Origin: Microgenomates bacterium OLB22
GTDB taxonomy: Bacteria > Patescibacteriota > Microgenomatia > UBA1406 > HO2-37-13b
Assembly: GCA_001567515.1 (NCBI GenBank)
Contig: LLEV01000005.1
Span: 54,952 to 118,951 of the forward strand
Length of the DNA stretch: 64,000 nucleotides
Direction of reading: 5' to 3'
The notes under the pieces are model-generated. The model saw nothing but the letters and a program-made list of their open reading frames with translations. It searched no databases and had not been told where the DNA came from. The position numbers and the translations under genes were made by a program. Shown here piece by piece: positions 1 through 10,773 of this stretch (position 1 is the stretch's first letter; each line of letters opens with the position of its first letter).

Positions 1-34
1 TGTATTTTTCATCGGACTCTTACCACTAGGAATA

Positions 35-514
35 GTGAGTGCATTTACCATATATATAATATGGTCACTTTGGGCTGCTATGACAACGCTCTCCTTTGTT
101 TATGAGAAAAGAAGAGGACTCGATGCACTGTGGAGGAGTAAAGAGATAGTCCAACAAAAGTTCTGGAGTGTGGTAGGTCTATTGGTTTTATCAACTGGTG
201 GATCAATCATCATCAACTCATTGTTCCAGCAATTTGATGTGCCCCTACGAGAGGTGCTCACAAATCTAATTGGGATTCTCCTCAGTGTGTTTGTCCTTTG
301 CGGATTGTACGAACTCTTTACACAAGTTCCCAAGGCAGAGAGCCCTTCTAAAAGGCCACACCTATGGGTGTTGATCGCAAAGATAGGATATGCTGTATTG
401 ATCTTGCTTATCGGCCTGGCTATCTCATTTGGTGGTGAACAGTGGAAAGAGATGCAAAATGTGTTGCAGAGAAATATCCCACGAGAAATAGATCGGACAA
501 TTGAACAGCTGTGA
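35..514 (+). CDS. hypothetical polytopic membrane protein (may be the C-terminal part of a gene starting upstream of the window)
   Basis: 159-aa ORF with several hydrophobic helices; no recognisable catalytic motif. Confidence 0.3.
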   Translation: MSAFTIYIIWSLWAAMTTLSFVYEKRRGLDALWRSKEIVQQKFWSVVGLLVLSTGGSIIINSLFQQFDVPLREVLTNLIGILLSVFVLCGLYELFTQVPKAESPSKRPHLWVLIAKIGYAVLILLIGLAISFGGEQWKEMQNVLQRNIPREIDRTIEQL

Positions 515-518
515 TTCC

Positions 519-1655
519 TCAACGATAGTGATGTCTATTCTTTTTATACGAGTCTTCCAAAGCTCGTATTCCAGGGAGAGTCCTGTGCTCAATATACTCA
601 AGTAGGGCTCCCCCTCCAGTTGAAGTATGCCACGATGGCATGATAAGTCCCTTATCCCTTAGAAATGCACCCGTATCCCCACCTCCGATGAGCACCATTT
701 TTTTTGATAAGCTCTGCGCGGTAGAGATTGTCCCCGCTTGCCCCTCTTGCTCCTCTACATATCCAAGAGGTCCTGCCCATATTACCGATTGAGCACCAGC
801 AACAAGTTGCTCTATCTGTGAAGTAGTAATGGGGCCAAGGTCTACGATCCTATCAAACCTACCGACATCATCTACAGACTTTGAACAATAGGCACCCGAT
901 GGTGTCGTTACCATAACATCCAGAGGACAGAGTAGAACCCCTCTAGATTTCTTTTGGAGAGAAAGGATTTTTCGGGCGAGTGGATAAGATACCTTATCAA
1001 CCAAGCTTGATCCTACTTCACATCCACGAGCGGCAAGCAGAGTATTTGCGACTGCTCCACCGACGATTACACTATCACATGTGTGTAGCAAAAAGGGGAG
1101 AACCAGCAACTTTTTTGATACCTTAGCCCCTCCGATTATACCTATTGATGGTCCCTCTGTACTATCTAGAAATTGATCTGCTTGCTCAATCTCCTCTTTA
1201 AAATGAAGCCCCATACTTGAAGGCAGGAACTGCGGGACTCCGATAATACTTGCCTCTTTCCTATGGCTAGTCGCAAAACAGTCATTGACATACCAATCGC
1301 CAAGATGGGCTATGTGCTTGGCAAAGCCTATGTCACCATCATATTCTTCCTGATGGTACCGCGTGTTTTCTAGAAGAATCAGTGTTGATCTTGAACGCAA
1401 ATCTGCACGAACAATTTGGTCTAATGGGGTCTCTATAAACTCCACATGCTCCCCTGGGAGTAGTGTCTGTAGATATCTACTAACAGGTCTGAGACTGTCG
1501 CTCGATCGGGCTAGGGAGGTGGGCTTACCGTGTTTTGCCAGGCAGATAACTCGATTATGGCGGGCTAATAAAAGCTTGAGCGTGGCAACGTTTGCTACAA
1601 TCCGACTATCATCGGTATATTTTTGTGTGTGCAAGGTAAGGGGCATCAAAGTCAC
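519..1655 (-). CDS. pgk: phosphoglycerate kinase
   Basis: Full-length 378 aa; LENTRYH hinge, GGAKVS and GGGDTGAF signatures typical of PGK; an 8-A run at 698-705 is in frame and encodes SKKM. Confidence 0.9.
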   Translation of the reverse strand: MTLMPLTLHTQKYTDDSRIVANVATLKLLLARHNRVICLAKHGKPTSLARSSDSLRPVSRYLQTLLPGEHVEFIETPLDQIVRADLRSRSTLILLENTRYHQEEYDGDIGFAKHIAHLGDWYVNDCFATSHRKEASIIGVPQFLPSSMGLHFKEEIEQADQFLDSTEGPSIGIIGGAKVSKKLLVLPFLLHTCDSVIVGGAVANTLLAARGCEVGSSLVDKVSYPLARKILSLQKKSRGVLLCPLDVMVTTPSGAYCSKSVDDVGRFDRIVDLGPITTSQIEQLVAGAQSVIWAGPLGYVEEQEGQAGTISTAQSLSKKMVLIGGGDTGAFLRDKGLIMPSWHTSTGGGALLEYIEHRTLPGIRALEDSYKKNRHHYR

Positions 1656-1763
1656 ATCTAACTATTACAGTTAGGTCTCTAGGGGCAAATACATCAAGAC
1701 TAGAGTAACTCATGGTAGTTTTTATAAAAAACATCCATTAATTGTCGTGTGAGGTGTCGACAT

Positions 1764-2609
1764 CTATCGAGTGATCTTTGATGCAGATTGCGTCCCAGGG
1801 CAGCCCCAGTCAATCCCCGTGCCCTGTATGCAGAAAAGGTTTGAATCATCTCTTTCTTCATTTTTTGACCCTCCAGCCAACAATACCCCAGTGTTCCCTG
1901 CTGCCGCTATTACCTCAGAGAGTTCTTCGGGGGTAGGGAGCAGTTCTTTTGGGAGCTCCAATTTGACAAAATCAGCTCCCAAAGCTGTTGCCACTCCTGC
2001 ACATCCTGCCATCAAATGAGCGTTGTTCTCACTCCTGAGGTGCGAACCTTTCGGATAAACCCAGAGGATAGCTAGTAGACCATGCCTATGCGCCTCATAC
2101 ACTACCTGGGCTGCCTCCGCTAGCATGTATTGCTCATAGCTGCTGCCTAGGTAGATCGTATATCCTACACCTACTATCGAAGCGTGAGAAGACCTCTTTA
2201 GATCAACGACATCATCTATCGTATACCACTTAGTACTCAAAGGATCTATGACACCCGGTGTGATCGCATTTGTCTTTGAATTGATCTTTACTACATATGG
2301 CGTATGAGGAGCCAGATGTCCGTAGCGTGCTATCATACCGAGTTGGGTAGCCATACAGGTACAGTGAGTCTTAGCAGCTATCATGAAGAGATGATGCGGG
2401 TCTGAATCAGCCAAAGGAATGCCGTCTCCAAAGTAGTCATCATTGAGGTGCTCAACCTTCTGATCGCCTGCTAACATAAGCATAGTATTGTTGGGAAAGG
2501 TGGCCAGCTTGAAGTGGTGCACAAATTGAGTTGACATGCTCTGGGGCACGTCCCCAGGGACAAAAATAGCATCTCGCATAGAACTCTGCATAGATTTCAT
2601 TGTAAACAA
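1764..2609 (-). CDS. class I fructose-bisphosphate aldolase, DhnA/FbaB-type (DeoC/LacD fold)
   Basis: MLAGDQKVEH, YVVKINSKT (Schiff-base lysine region), VYPKG, GADFVKLELP motifs resemble archaeal-type class I aldolases; adjacent to pgk. Confidence 0.55.
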   Translation of the reverse strand: MFTMKSMQSSMRDAIFVPGDVPQSMSTQFVHHFKLATFPNNTMLMLAGDQKVEHLNDDYFGDGIPLADSDPHHLFMIAAKTHCTCMATQLGMIARYGHLAPHTPYVVKINSKTNAITPGVIDPLSTKWYTIDDVVDLKRSSHASIVGVGYTIYLGSSYEQYMLAEAAQVVYEAHRHGLLAILWVYPKGSHLRSENNAHLMAGCAGVATALGADFVKLELPKELLPTPEELSEVIAAAGNTGVLLAGGSKNEERDDSNLFCIQGTGIDWGCPGTQSASKITR

Positions 2610-2648
2610 GCCCAGGAAGAAGTCAATGAACGATTGGGTAAATTGATC

Positions 2649-4920
2649 TCACTGAGGTGGGATGGCAGTAGGAACTGGTGTTTCCTTTACCTCTTTGAAG
2701 CGCTGTTTTATACCTTCCGTGACTATCAGTAGTGAACGAGGTTGACCATCCTGATTACAGTCCAGACATGACTTAGTCCCAAGAATATCAGTCAGTATGG
2801 TTTTTTCCTGCATCTCTACAGCAGGATTATCAGGCGTCGTCATAGCACCTGTATCTCTGTTGATAGGGACAAACTCTTTGGTCACCACCGCTTGTGTCTC
2901 TTTCCCTTCTAAAACGCCCTTTCTAAAGAACTCAAATCGCGTCTGACAAGTAGAAGGTTGATTTGGGTCAGTTTGCTGACTTGGCAGCAAACACACCTGC
3001 TTCCCAACCACTCCCTCAGGTCTACGAAGCGGCAGGTCAGGCTGATTTGCCAGAAGCGAACGCATAATGCTATTCCATATAGGGGCTGCTCCAGTAACCC
3101 CAGATACCACTCGTGACATTGAAGAGTTATCATTATTTCCCACCCACGTAGCTACTAAAAAAATTTGGGGTATAACCAATAGTCCAGTTATCTCTCAGAT
3201 CATTGGTAGTTCCTGTCTTTACCGACACTGTTTTCTTAGGGACCACCAGCGATGAAGAGCCCCCAAATGCATCTGAGCGGGCCCCATTGTCCTGTAGGAT
3301 ATGTGAGATGATGAAAGCGGTCTCCTTAGAAAGAGCTCTCTTGCCTTGGATCTTGATAGTATCAGGATACTCAAGGGGCACAGTCACATCATCCACAGTA
3401 TTTGGGTCTTTGTACTCGTACAATACTTTACCACTTTTATCCTCAATTTTTCTGATGGCTACCAGAGTCTTAGGAATGCCTTCATTAGCAAAAACCGAAA
3501 AGGCCTGCGCCATTTCTGTCATACGAACCTCACCGCCACCAAGAGTAAGTGATAGTCCGTAACGTGCTGGATCAGTAAACGTAGTAATTGTAAATGCTGA
3601 AGATGAGGCCACGAAATCTTTGACTCCATTTACCGCTAACATCTTTACTGCTGGAATGTTCAGAGAGTTCCCTAGAGAGGAACGTAGCTGTGTCGGGCCG
3701 CGATATTTCCCATCGTAGTTTACTGGACAGTAGGACTTAGGTTGTCCTGATGCTGAAAAACACGTGGGGATATCGTTGAAGATAGTAGCAGCTGTCACAA
3801 GCCCTCTTTCAATCCCCAGAGCATAGTTGAGAGGTTTGATAGAAGAACCTGGCTGACGCAGTGCAGTAGTCACGTTAAAAGTCCCTGACCCTGTCGCAAA
3901 AAAGTCAGCTGAACCCACCATGGCTAGTATCTCCCCCGTAGACGGTCGGGTTACCAAAGCTGCCCCATTGCTAACCTTAAGCCGTCTGAGTGATGTTACT
4001 TCCTTATTTACCGCTGCCTCAGCTGATGCCTGAATAGTTTCATCTAATGTAGTAAATACTTTTAGTCCACCCTTTTCTATAATATCTTTCCCAAATTGCT
4101 TTTCAAGCAGTTCTCGGACATAAAATACGAAGTGAGGCGCTTTGATAGTGTTAGCAGGAGGATGAATCTTCAGCTCTTGTTTCTCTGCAGTAATGCGTTC
4201 TTTCTCAGTAATGTAGCCCAATTCCTCCATGCGTTTTAGTACGGCCTCTTGTCCACGTTTGGCACGCTCAGGGTTGATATGAGGAGAGAAGTAGCTTGGC
4301 CGCTGTGGTAAACGGGCAAGTAAAGCTGCTTCCGCTAGGGTCAGATCTTTAGCATCTTTGTCAAAAAATGTTTTCGCGGCCTCTTGAATTCCGTATGAGA
4401 CACCACCATAGGGCACTTGATTGAGATACAACTCAAGGATCTCATCTTTGGTCATGATCTGCTCAACCCAGAGAGCCAATACGATCTCTTTTATCTTTCG
4501 CTGAATAGTCCTCTCTGGTGTCAGCAACGCTGACTTGATAAGCTGCTGGGTAATTGTCGAACCGCCCTGAGTGCCCTGATGGAGGACAAAGGTATCTTTG
4601 AGTGCTCGTAGCATGCCTCCTACTATAGATATGCCGTTGTGCTTGTAAAAGTCAGCATCTTCTATAGCTATGGTGGCATACTTAACATAGTCTGGGAGAT
4701 CTTTTATATGCACTGGGGTTCTATTTTCCTCATTGAAGATCTCGTACAATAGCTCTCCCTTGCGATCAAGTACTAGTGATGAGATAGGTATTACTTGATA
4801 ATTTTTAAGACCGCGTGGATTCGGGAGACCTCGAAATATGTATATGTATGCGATAGCAATCAACACTACAGCAGAAATACCTAGCAAGAACAATTTCTGT
4901 TGCCTGGGTGTCACAGTCAT
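2649..4920 (-). CDS. class A penicillin-binding protein (PBP1A-type transglycosylase/transpeptidase), reading frame split at an A7 run 3156-3162
   Basis: N-terminal TM anchor; GT51 motifs (EDADFYKHNGIS, GGSTITQQL); transpeptidase SSIKP, SLN, KTGTTND. ORFs 3133..4920 and 2649..3179 join as ...GYTPNFLVATWVGNNDN... if the run is 6 nt, matching the paralog at 12074..14245. Confidence 0.85.
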
Positions 4921-5000
4921 CTGCCAAGCTCCTACCTTCAGTTTTTTTTTTCGAGAATATATGAAACTGTTTGAAGACAGATTTTTTCTTGGTGTCGTTA

Positions 5001-6807
5001 TTACTTGGTTGTTGCTGTGTCATCGCCGTGAGCGTATAAACGATAGGTGGTAGCTCCGATCTTTTGGATCTTATCTACGATAATAGTACCAATTTCGCCG
5101 GTATTTGTCACGTGAGGGCCACCGCAAAGCTCTAAGGAGTAAGCCTCGGAGACATCTGTGGCCGTCCCCCCTATCGCATAGACAGTAACCTCATCAGGAT
5201 ATCTTTCGCGAAAGGATGCCCGTGCCCCCTTTTGGATAGCCTCTTCCTTGGACATTGTATGGGCATATATGGGTATTGACTCGCGAATCTTTGTGTTGAC
5301 GATCTGCACTATCCGCTCAGACAAATCAGTCACAGCAGGTTGATCTACATGAAAATCAAAGCGCAGTCTTTCTTGTGTAATATTAGAGCCTTCTTGTCTT
5401 ACTGACTCCCCCATAAGGTCGTGCAGAGCTTGATGTATGAGGTGCGTAGCGGTATGGTACTTAATCACTTGATCTGACGAGTCCGCGAGACCACCCTTAA
5501 ACATACCGGCAGATGCTGACTTTGCTGATTCACTATGTATATGAACTAACCTCTCAAAATCCTGCTCTATCCCATCAGGGATAGATAAGCCATTATGTCG
5601 TGCTTGTTCTAGTGAAATCTCTAGGGGTATACCATGGCTTTGATATAAGTTAAAGAGAAGATGTGCGGTTACCTCCCTCCCATCTAGCAACGTCTTGGTA
5701 CTATCGAGCAGCTTATTAAACTTGTGCAATTCAGCTTGAATAATATCAGTAGCTAGTACTACATCAATGTCTTCGTATACCGATTTATAGAGCTTTGTAA
5801 AACTCATTATGATAGGGGATGCATCAAAAGAGTCGAGTCGGTACTTTCTCACTGAAAGGGCAGCTCTTCGCAACAATCTGCGGAGCAGATAGCCGTGCTC
5901 TTTGTTGGCAGGAGAGATACCATCCTTAATCAAAAATAGTGAGGCACGTAAATGATCAAGAATGATTCGCGTGTCTACACTGTTTATAGAAGGTAGAAGC
6001 GAAGTAATGCTGGTAGCCGCATCCACAAAAAGTTCCGTTTGAAAAATGTCAGGATTATTGAGCTGGGCTGCCATAATACGCTCAAGCCCTCCTCCAAAAT
6101 CGATACTTTTTTGAGAAAGTTCGTCAAGTCCTCCCGCCTCACTCTTTATGTACTGGATGAACACCGAGTTACCTATCTCCATAAAACGTCCACAGTCACA
6201 GTTGGGGTGGCACTTTATTCCATAAGAAGGGTCATGATCTATTGAAGTAAACTCGTAAAATAACTCAGTGTCAGGCCCTCCTATCTCGCCTACCGGCATC
6301 TGGGAAGGGACCCCTGAACGCGACCACCAATTCTTTTCTACCCCATACCAATGGATATGATCATCAGATAAACCCAAAGTCTTCCATACATCATATGATT
6401 CTTGATCCATAGGCACACTCGCATCTCCTTCAAAGACACTAACATGAAGCCTCTCAGGCGCCAATCCAAATACTTCTGTATAGAGCTCCCACATTGCAGG
6501 GATTTGTTCAGCTTTGAAATGTATCCCTAGTGACCAGTTTCCAAGCATCTCAAAAAAAAGTAGTGTGTCTGTTGTCCCCTACTTCATCGATATCACCAGA
6601 CCGAAAGCACGGTTGTATATCGTATAGATTCCTACCGGATGGATGTTGCTGACTGCTAGATAAATATGGTACTAGTTGCTGCATCCCCGACGAAGTAAAT
6701 AGTGTGGTCGCATCATCCCTCGGTATGAGTGATGCTGGGGATATCTCATTATACCCACGCGCCTCCCAAAATGAGTTGAATGCCTGGCGAATCTTGAGAT
6801 AAGTCAT
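5001..6807 (-). CDS. alaS: alanyl-tRNA synthetase (short form, catalytic+tRNA-binding+editing domains), frame split at an 8-nt homopolymer 6552-6559
   Basis: 85-aa ORF ends ...GDNRHTTFF then TGA; 515-aa ORF begins MLGNWSLG; with a 7-nt run the product reads RHTTFFEMLGNWS, the AlaRS consensus. Editing motifs HLIHQALH and CGGPHV present. Confidence 0.9.
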
Positions 6808-6828
6808 ATAGCAATTTTAGCATACTGA

Positions 6829-6867
6829 CAGGTCAAACAAAAAGACTCCAGGACCGAAGTCCTGGAG
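6829..6867 (-). terminator. Rho-independent terminator downstream of the large surface-protein gene
   Basis: 9-bp perfect stem CTCCAGGAC/GTCCTGGAG (6846-6867) with CGAA loop, followed on the minus strand by UCUUUUUGUUUG. Confidence 0.6.
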
Positions 6868-6891
6868 AGTCCTTCTCTTCTATTCAACAGA

Positions 6892-9800
6892 TTAGTTGGT
6901 AAGTGATGTCCCCAGCCATGTTCGTGAGGCATCAACATCCATAGCATTAGTCTGACCATCAAGGTTCAGATCATACTGATCTAGTTCATAATTACCTGTC
7001 AGAGTCAGAAAATCAATAGAGTTAACTTCACCATCACCGTTGAGGTCTGCTAGTCCTGACTGTTTGGTGACAGTCACACTATCACCTGCCTTTACTAGAT
7101 AGTTGACCTCGTTATCGAGTATGCTAAAGTCTCCACACGGGTATGCTTGGCCAGCAATACTCAGGCTGCAGGCTGCATTCCCCAGAGTTGATCTCGTGAG
7201 ACCCTCAGGAACATTGACAAACACTTTACTATTTCCTGCCGGATCAAAGCTCTGGAATCCGCCATCAAAACACTGGTCAGACCCAGTCTTACACATGCCT
7301 ACAGACAAGCTTACGGCATCAACATCTGCCCCTATAGTCTCAAAGGAGATTATAGCTCCTCCATTTCGGGCTCTTGTCTTTTGGGCATGAGCAGCACTAG
7401 GGCTCATTCCTAGCAAGAATGACGAATCAGCAGTGTCATCAGTCTCATAATCAAGATCGATAGTGACATCTCTATTTGGACTACTGGCAATCTTACCAAA
7501 GAGCTCCGAATTGCCTTTGAGTGATAGTTTGCCCTTTCTACTATTATTGCTAATACCAATTACACGACATCTGTAATGGTCTACCTCACCTTCCTTCTTT
7601 GAGACTATCTTAGTAAAGCCAAAGTCAAGATCACCATCGTCATCAAGATCGATCGTAGCAGTGTCTAGCTCCTTCCTATGATTACCTGCTTCAAAAGCAC
7701 TTCCGACAAAGTACTCACACATGTAGGTTACAGAAGCTGGGTTTCCCTTATTATCCCTCTTCAAGTCCCTGAAATTGCTTACAGAGACAGTACCATCAAC
7801 TCTAAATGTAGTTACTTCTGAGGTAACAACATGTTTTGGCATGGCACAACAAGCTTGGAGACTATTAGTACATCCAGGCAAGTCAACAACCGTACCGCCA
7901 GAGCTCGTACAGTTCTTATTGTTCTGGCAGCTAAAGCTTCTACTCTCCGTTGATCCTGTACAGCTTGTTGGTAGGGTATCAGATTTTGGCTTTGAAGCGC
8001 AACACACTGTTCTGATCGAGCAGCCACCAACTCCAGATAGGCCTACTCCACCGACTTCCTCACAACTATTTGCGGATGAGCAGCCAAGCTCATAATCAGC
8101 TCCTTTGAGAGTCACTGTACCACGACAAGCTCCTGTAGTAGTGTCCTTCTTCTCGGGGACTGAACAGCATACTGTATTTAAGCGACAGCTGCCCAGTGAT
8201 GGAGTACTTGCCCCATTTGCCGCACAGTCACTCCTTGACTGGCAACTGAGATTAAATTTGACTCCTGCAGCCGTAAAGCTTCCAGAACATGTTCCGACTG
8301 GAGTGCCAGATGGACGCGTACCACCAGTAGCTGGCGGTGTCAATTGCACTGGGTCGGGTTGAGCACCCCCAAGACAGCAGAGATTATCGCCTGCGATACT
8401 GCAGTAACTAGGTCCACTCCTAAATGCGCCGCCTTGAGCTGCACATGCTGAGGCATTATTACAATAACACCCCGGACCACCGGACTGCGGTTGCTCAGTC
8501 CTGTCCTTACAACACAACGTCTCATACCCTACTCCTGTCCTTTCATTTTTCGACATACGAGCCGTCTGAGAAAACCCTGGCTTATTTGAACAGTTGCTTC
8601 CGCTGGTGGTCTCACAGGCCTTACTAGGCTTTGGCCATAACACTATCGCGGCCTCTGCTTGTGCACCACTGGAGACGTTTAGATTGCTAGCTGCATTAGC
8701 GCAGACCACATCTAGCTCGTTTGGCTTACCGGGGTCAGCATTTGGCAAGAGCTCTTTATCGAGAAACTCGACGTTATAGATACCCACCGGCAGCTGATGT
8801 AGTCCAAAGTATCCACAACCGACTCTACGATCAGCAGGTATATGGGTATCTCCTGGATTTCTTTCCATCTTGTTGGCATATGTACGTGAACCGATCAGTC
8901 TTGCACCTATACCACATTCACCCTCATATGAACGGATATCAGCAAGAAACTTGCCACTTGAGTCATTTACTCTCTTATTCAGGTTTGTTTTAAGAAAGTT
9001 CGCATCGCAAAGATTACCTGAAGGTCTCTCACCGGCAATGACTACGTAAGTACGGACATTTATAGAGCCACTACCTGACTGCGCTGAGGCAGTCGGTTCG
9101 GTACCACCCCGGCCTGTCGTCTTGATGAGCCTCCATCCATATTTGATATCAGCGCCACAGATGAGCCCTAGATCTTTTATGGTGAGTCCCCCATTGGTAG
9201 CCGTTGTCATAGTACACCCGCCAAATGCCCCACGACCATAATCGCAGAAGAATGATTGCATGCCCTGCGCAAGCGCATACCCAGCAGGTAGTTGCAGAGT
9301 TACATCAGCCCTCGTGTTATGTAGATTTGAGTTAGGCAAGCCTACCGTAGTAACCCGTGCCGCTCCTACCGAAGGAAAGTCTCCATGGTCTGGACCTATG
9401 GCAGTCCTGTTACTCCACTTTGCACCTGATACATTAGTCAACACGTTACCATTTTCGTCTTGAAGCTCAAGAACAGCTTTAAATGAGCACGCAGCAGGAG
9501 CAGTGGCTCTTGGTGTTGGTGAATTATCAACACGAAAAGGCGATGTCGGCACAGGGGTGTTCTGGGTAGTAGGCCTCCCAGGTGGGAGCGTGATAGTACT
9601 ATCTCCGCCACTACCAATGGTAAGTGGTCTTACTACCCACCCATAGTTGATCTTAGCTCCGCATTTGGGAGTAAAGTTTGCAAATGTCTTACTATTTTGA
9701 TTTTTATTCGTTGGGCAAGAAGTAGCTGAACCAGAGTCAGTACAGAATGTTGATGCGACTTCTAGATCACCAGAAAGATTACCCAGCGTCACAGTAGCAA

Positions 9801-10263
9801 AATCTCCTTCAACATATGGTGCTATGGAGGTAAGCTGACGAGTAACTGTCCCTGTTGTAAGGGTCTCGGGGCCAGCTGGTGAACGAGCATCGGTAGCCGT
9901 CACAGCTCTCCCACCATTTTGGCTACTACTTAGAAGTGTCCCATTTTGGCGATCGAGAAATACGGAGATGGTATAGTCATATGAGCAGTTCTCCGCAGCT
10001 CGACCAAAAAACTGCTGAACATTCTTTGATTGCATGACTCCAGCAGCCGACCCAAGAAGCATAAGTCCAATTGAAAGCAGAGTGAGTGTCAGTGCTATTT
10101 CTCCTCTAGTATATTTGCTTGAATGAGGTATTCTTTGGAGCTCTACATTGGGGCCAGCATGAAAAATACTGTTTACACTTTTTTTGATAATCGCAGATAA
10201 ACCTCGCATAAACATTTTTTTGCATGCTTGTTGAATTAAATAGTAATCTGATAACCTTACCAT
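6892..10263 (-). CDS. large (about 1100 aa) secreted/surface cysteine-rich protein with dockerin-like calcium-binding C-terminal repeats
   Basis: N-terminal signal anchor (LTLTLLSIGLMLLGSAAG); repeated Cys-rich modules ending in VCC/LCC/ACC (CRLNTVCCSV, CSIRTVCCAS, CTNSLQACCAM); internal repeat KINYGWVVRPLTIGSGG / DIKYGWRLIKTTGRGG; C-terminus DLNGDGEVNSIDF...DLNLDGQTNAMDVD resembles tandem dockerin-type Ca-binding loops. Confidence 0.6.
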   Translation of the reverse strand: MVRLSDYYLIQQACKKMFMRGLSAIIKKSVNSIFHAGPNVELQRIPHSSKYTRGEIALTLTLLSIGLMLLGSAAGVMQSKNVQQFFGRAAENCSYDYTISVFLDRQNGTLLSSSQNGGRAVTATDARSPAGPETLTTGTVTRQLTSIAPYVEGDFATVTLGNLSGDLEVASTFCTDSGSATSCPTNKNQNSKTFANFTPKCGAKINYGWVVRPLTIGSGGDSTITLPPGRPTTQNTPVPTSPFRVDNSPTPRATAPAACSFKAVLELQDENGNVLTNVSGAKWSNRTAIGPDHGDFPSVGAARVTTVGLPNSNLHNTRADVTLQLPAGYALAQGMQSFFCDYGRGAFGGCTMTTATNGGLTIKDLGLICGADIKYGWRLIKTTGRGGTEPTASAQSGSGSINVRTYVVIAGERPSGNLCDANFLKTNLNKRVNDSSGKFLADIRSYEGECGIGARLIGSRTYANKMERNPGDTHIPADRRVGCGYFGLHQLPVGIYNVEFLDKELLPNADPGKPNELDVVCANAASNLNVSSGAQAEAAIVLWPKPSKACETTSGSNCSNKPGFSQTARMSKNERTGVGYETLCCKDRTEQPQSGGPGCYCNNASACAAQGGAFRSGPSYCSIAGDNLCCLGGAQPDPVQLTPPATGGTRPSGTPVGTCSGSFTAAGVKFNLSCQSRSDCAANGASTPSLGSCRLNTVCCSVPEKKDTTTGACRGTVTLKGADYELGCSSANSCEEVGGVGLSGVGGCSIRTVCCASKPKSDTLPTSCTGSTESRSFSCQNNKNCTSSGGTVVDLPGCTNSLQACCAMPKHVVTSEVTTFRVDGTVSVSNFRDLKRDNKGNPASVTYMCEYFVGSAFEAGNHRKELDTATIDLDDDGDLDFGFTKIVSKKEGEVDHYRCRVIGISNNSRKGKLSLKGNSELFGKIASSPNRDVTIDLDYETDDTADSSFLLGMSPSAAHAQKTRARNGGAIISFETIGADVDAVSLSVGMCKTGSDQCFDGGFQSFDPAGNSKVFVNVPEGLTRSTLGNAACSLSIAGQAYPCGDFSILDNEVNYLVKAGDSVTVTKQSGLADLNGDGEVNSIDFLTLTGNYELDQYDLNLDGQTNAMDVDASRTWLGTSLTN

Positions 10264-10300
10264 CTAGAGTAGTAATAAAATGGTTGACTGTCAAGCTTTT

Positions 10301-10329
10301 CTTTTTTTGACAATGTATAACAGTTACTG
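10301..10329 (+). promoter_or_regulatory. sigma70-like promoter for the 10348 gene (TTGACA-17-TATCAT)
   Basis: TTGACA at 10301-10306, 17-nt spacer, TATCAT at 10324-10329, ATG at 10348; spacer contains the recurring palindrome ACTGTATAACAGT. Confidence 0.5.
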
Positions 10330-10347
10330 TATCATGTTCTTCACACT

Positions 10348-10773
10348 ATGAAGAAAGAAACGATACTTTCAGTGGCACTAGGCCTTACCGCAGGTATCGG
10401 AGGAGGGATATTGGTACTGACGACGAGCAAAAATGCTGTCCAAGAGCATCCACCTACTGATGACCAGCAAGGGGGCATCACTATAACCCCAGCAGTCACC
10501 ATCGAGAGCCCACAGACTGATAAACTGAGTATTCAGAGCCCCCTGGACAAGACAATAGTGGCGACTGATACCATAACTATTACAGGTAAAGCTCATCAAG
10601 GCTCATTGATTACCACCTTTTCGCCAGCTGGAGAGAAGTCACTGAAATCAAAAGATAAAACTTTTAGTATCGAGCATCCCCTCATCGAGGGAGAAAATAC
10701 CATTATTGTCACCTCATATGGCCCAAATGGCTCATCTGAACAGGCACAAATTATCGTTTATCTAATAAAATGA
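10348..10773 (+). CDS. hypothetical secreted/membrane-anchored protein
   Basis: N-terminal signal/anchor MKKETILSVALGLTAGIGGGILVL, Thr/Ile-rich beta-strand-like body; no known motif. Confidence 0.45.
   Translation: MKKETILSVALGLTAGIGGGILVLTTSKNAVQEHPPTDDQQGGITITPAVTIESPQTDKLSIQSPLDKTIVATDTITITGKAHQGSLITTFSPAGEKSLKSKDKTFSIEHPLIEGENTIIVTSYGPNGSSEQAQIIVYLIK

Noticed and set aside
4921-5000. T10 tract (4944-4953) between alaS and PBP1A, and the A11 tract at 42142-42152, as possible slippage/phase-variation sites
   Set aside because: The first is intergenic. The second is in frame as written (LIFFFV). Without population or read data, phase variation cannot be supported.
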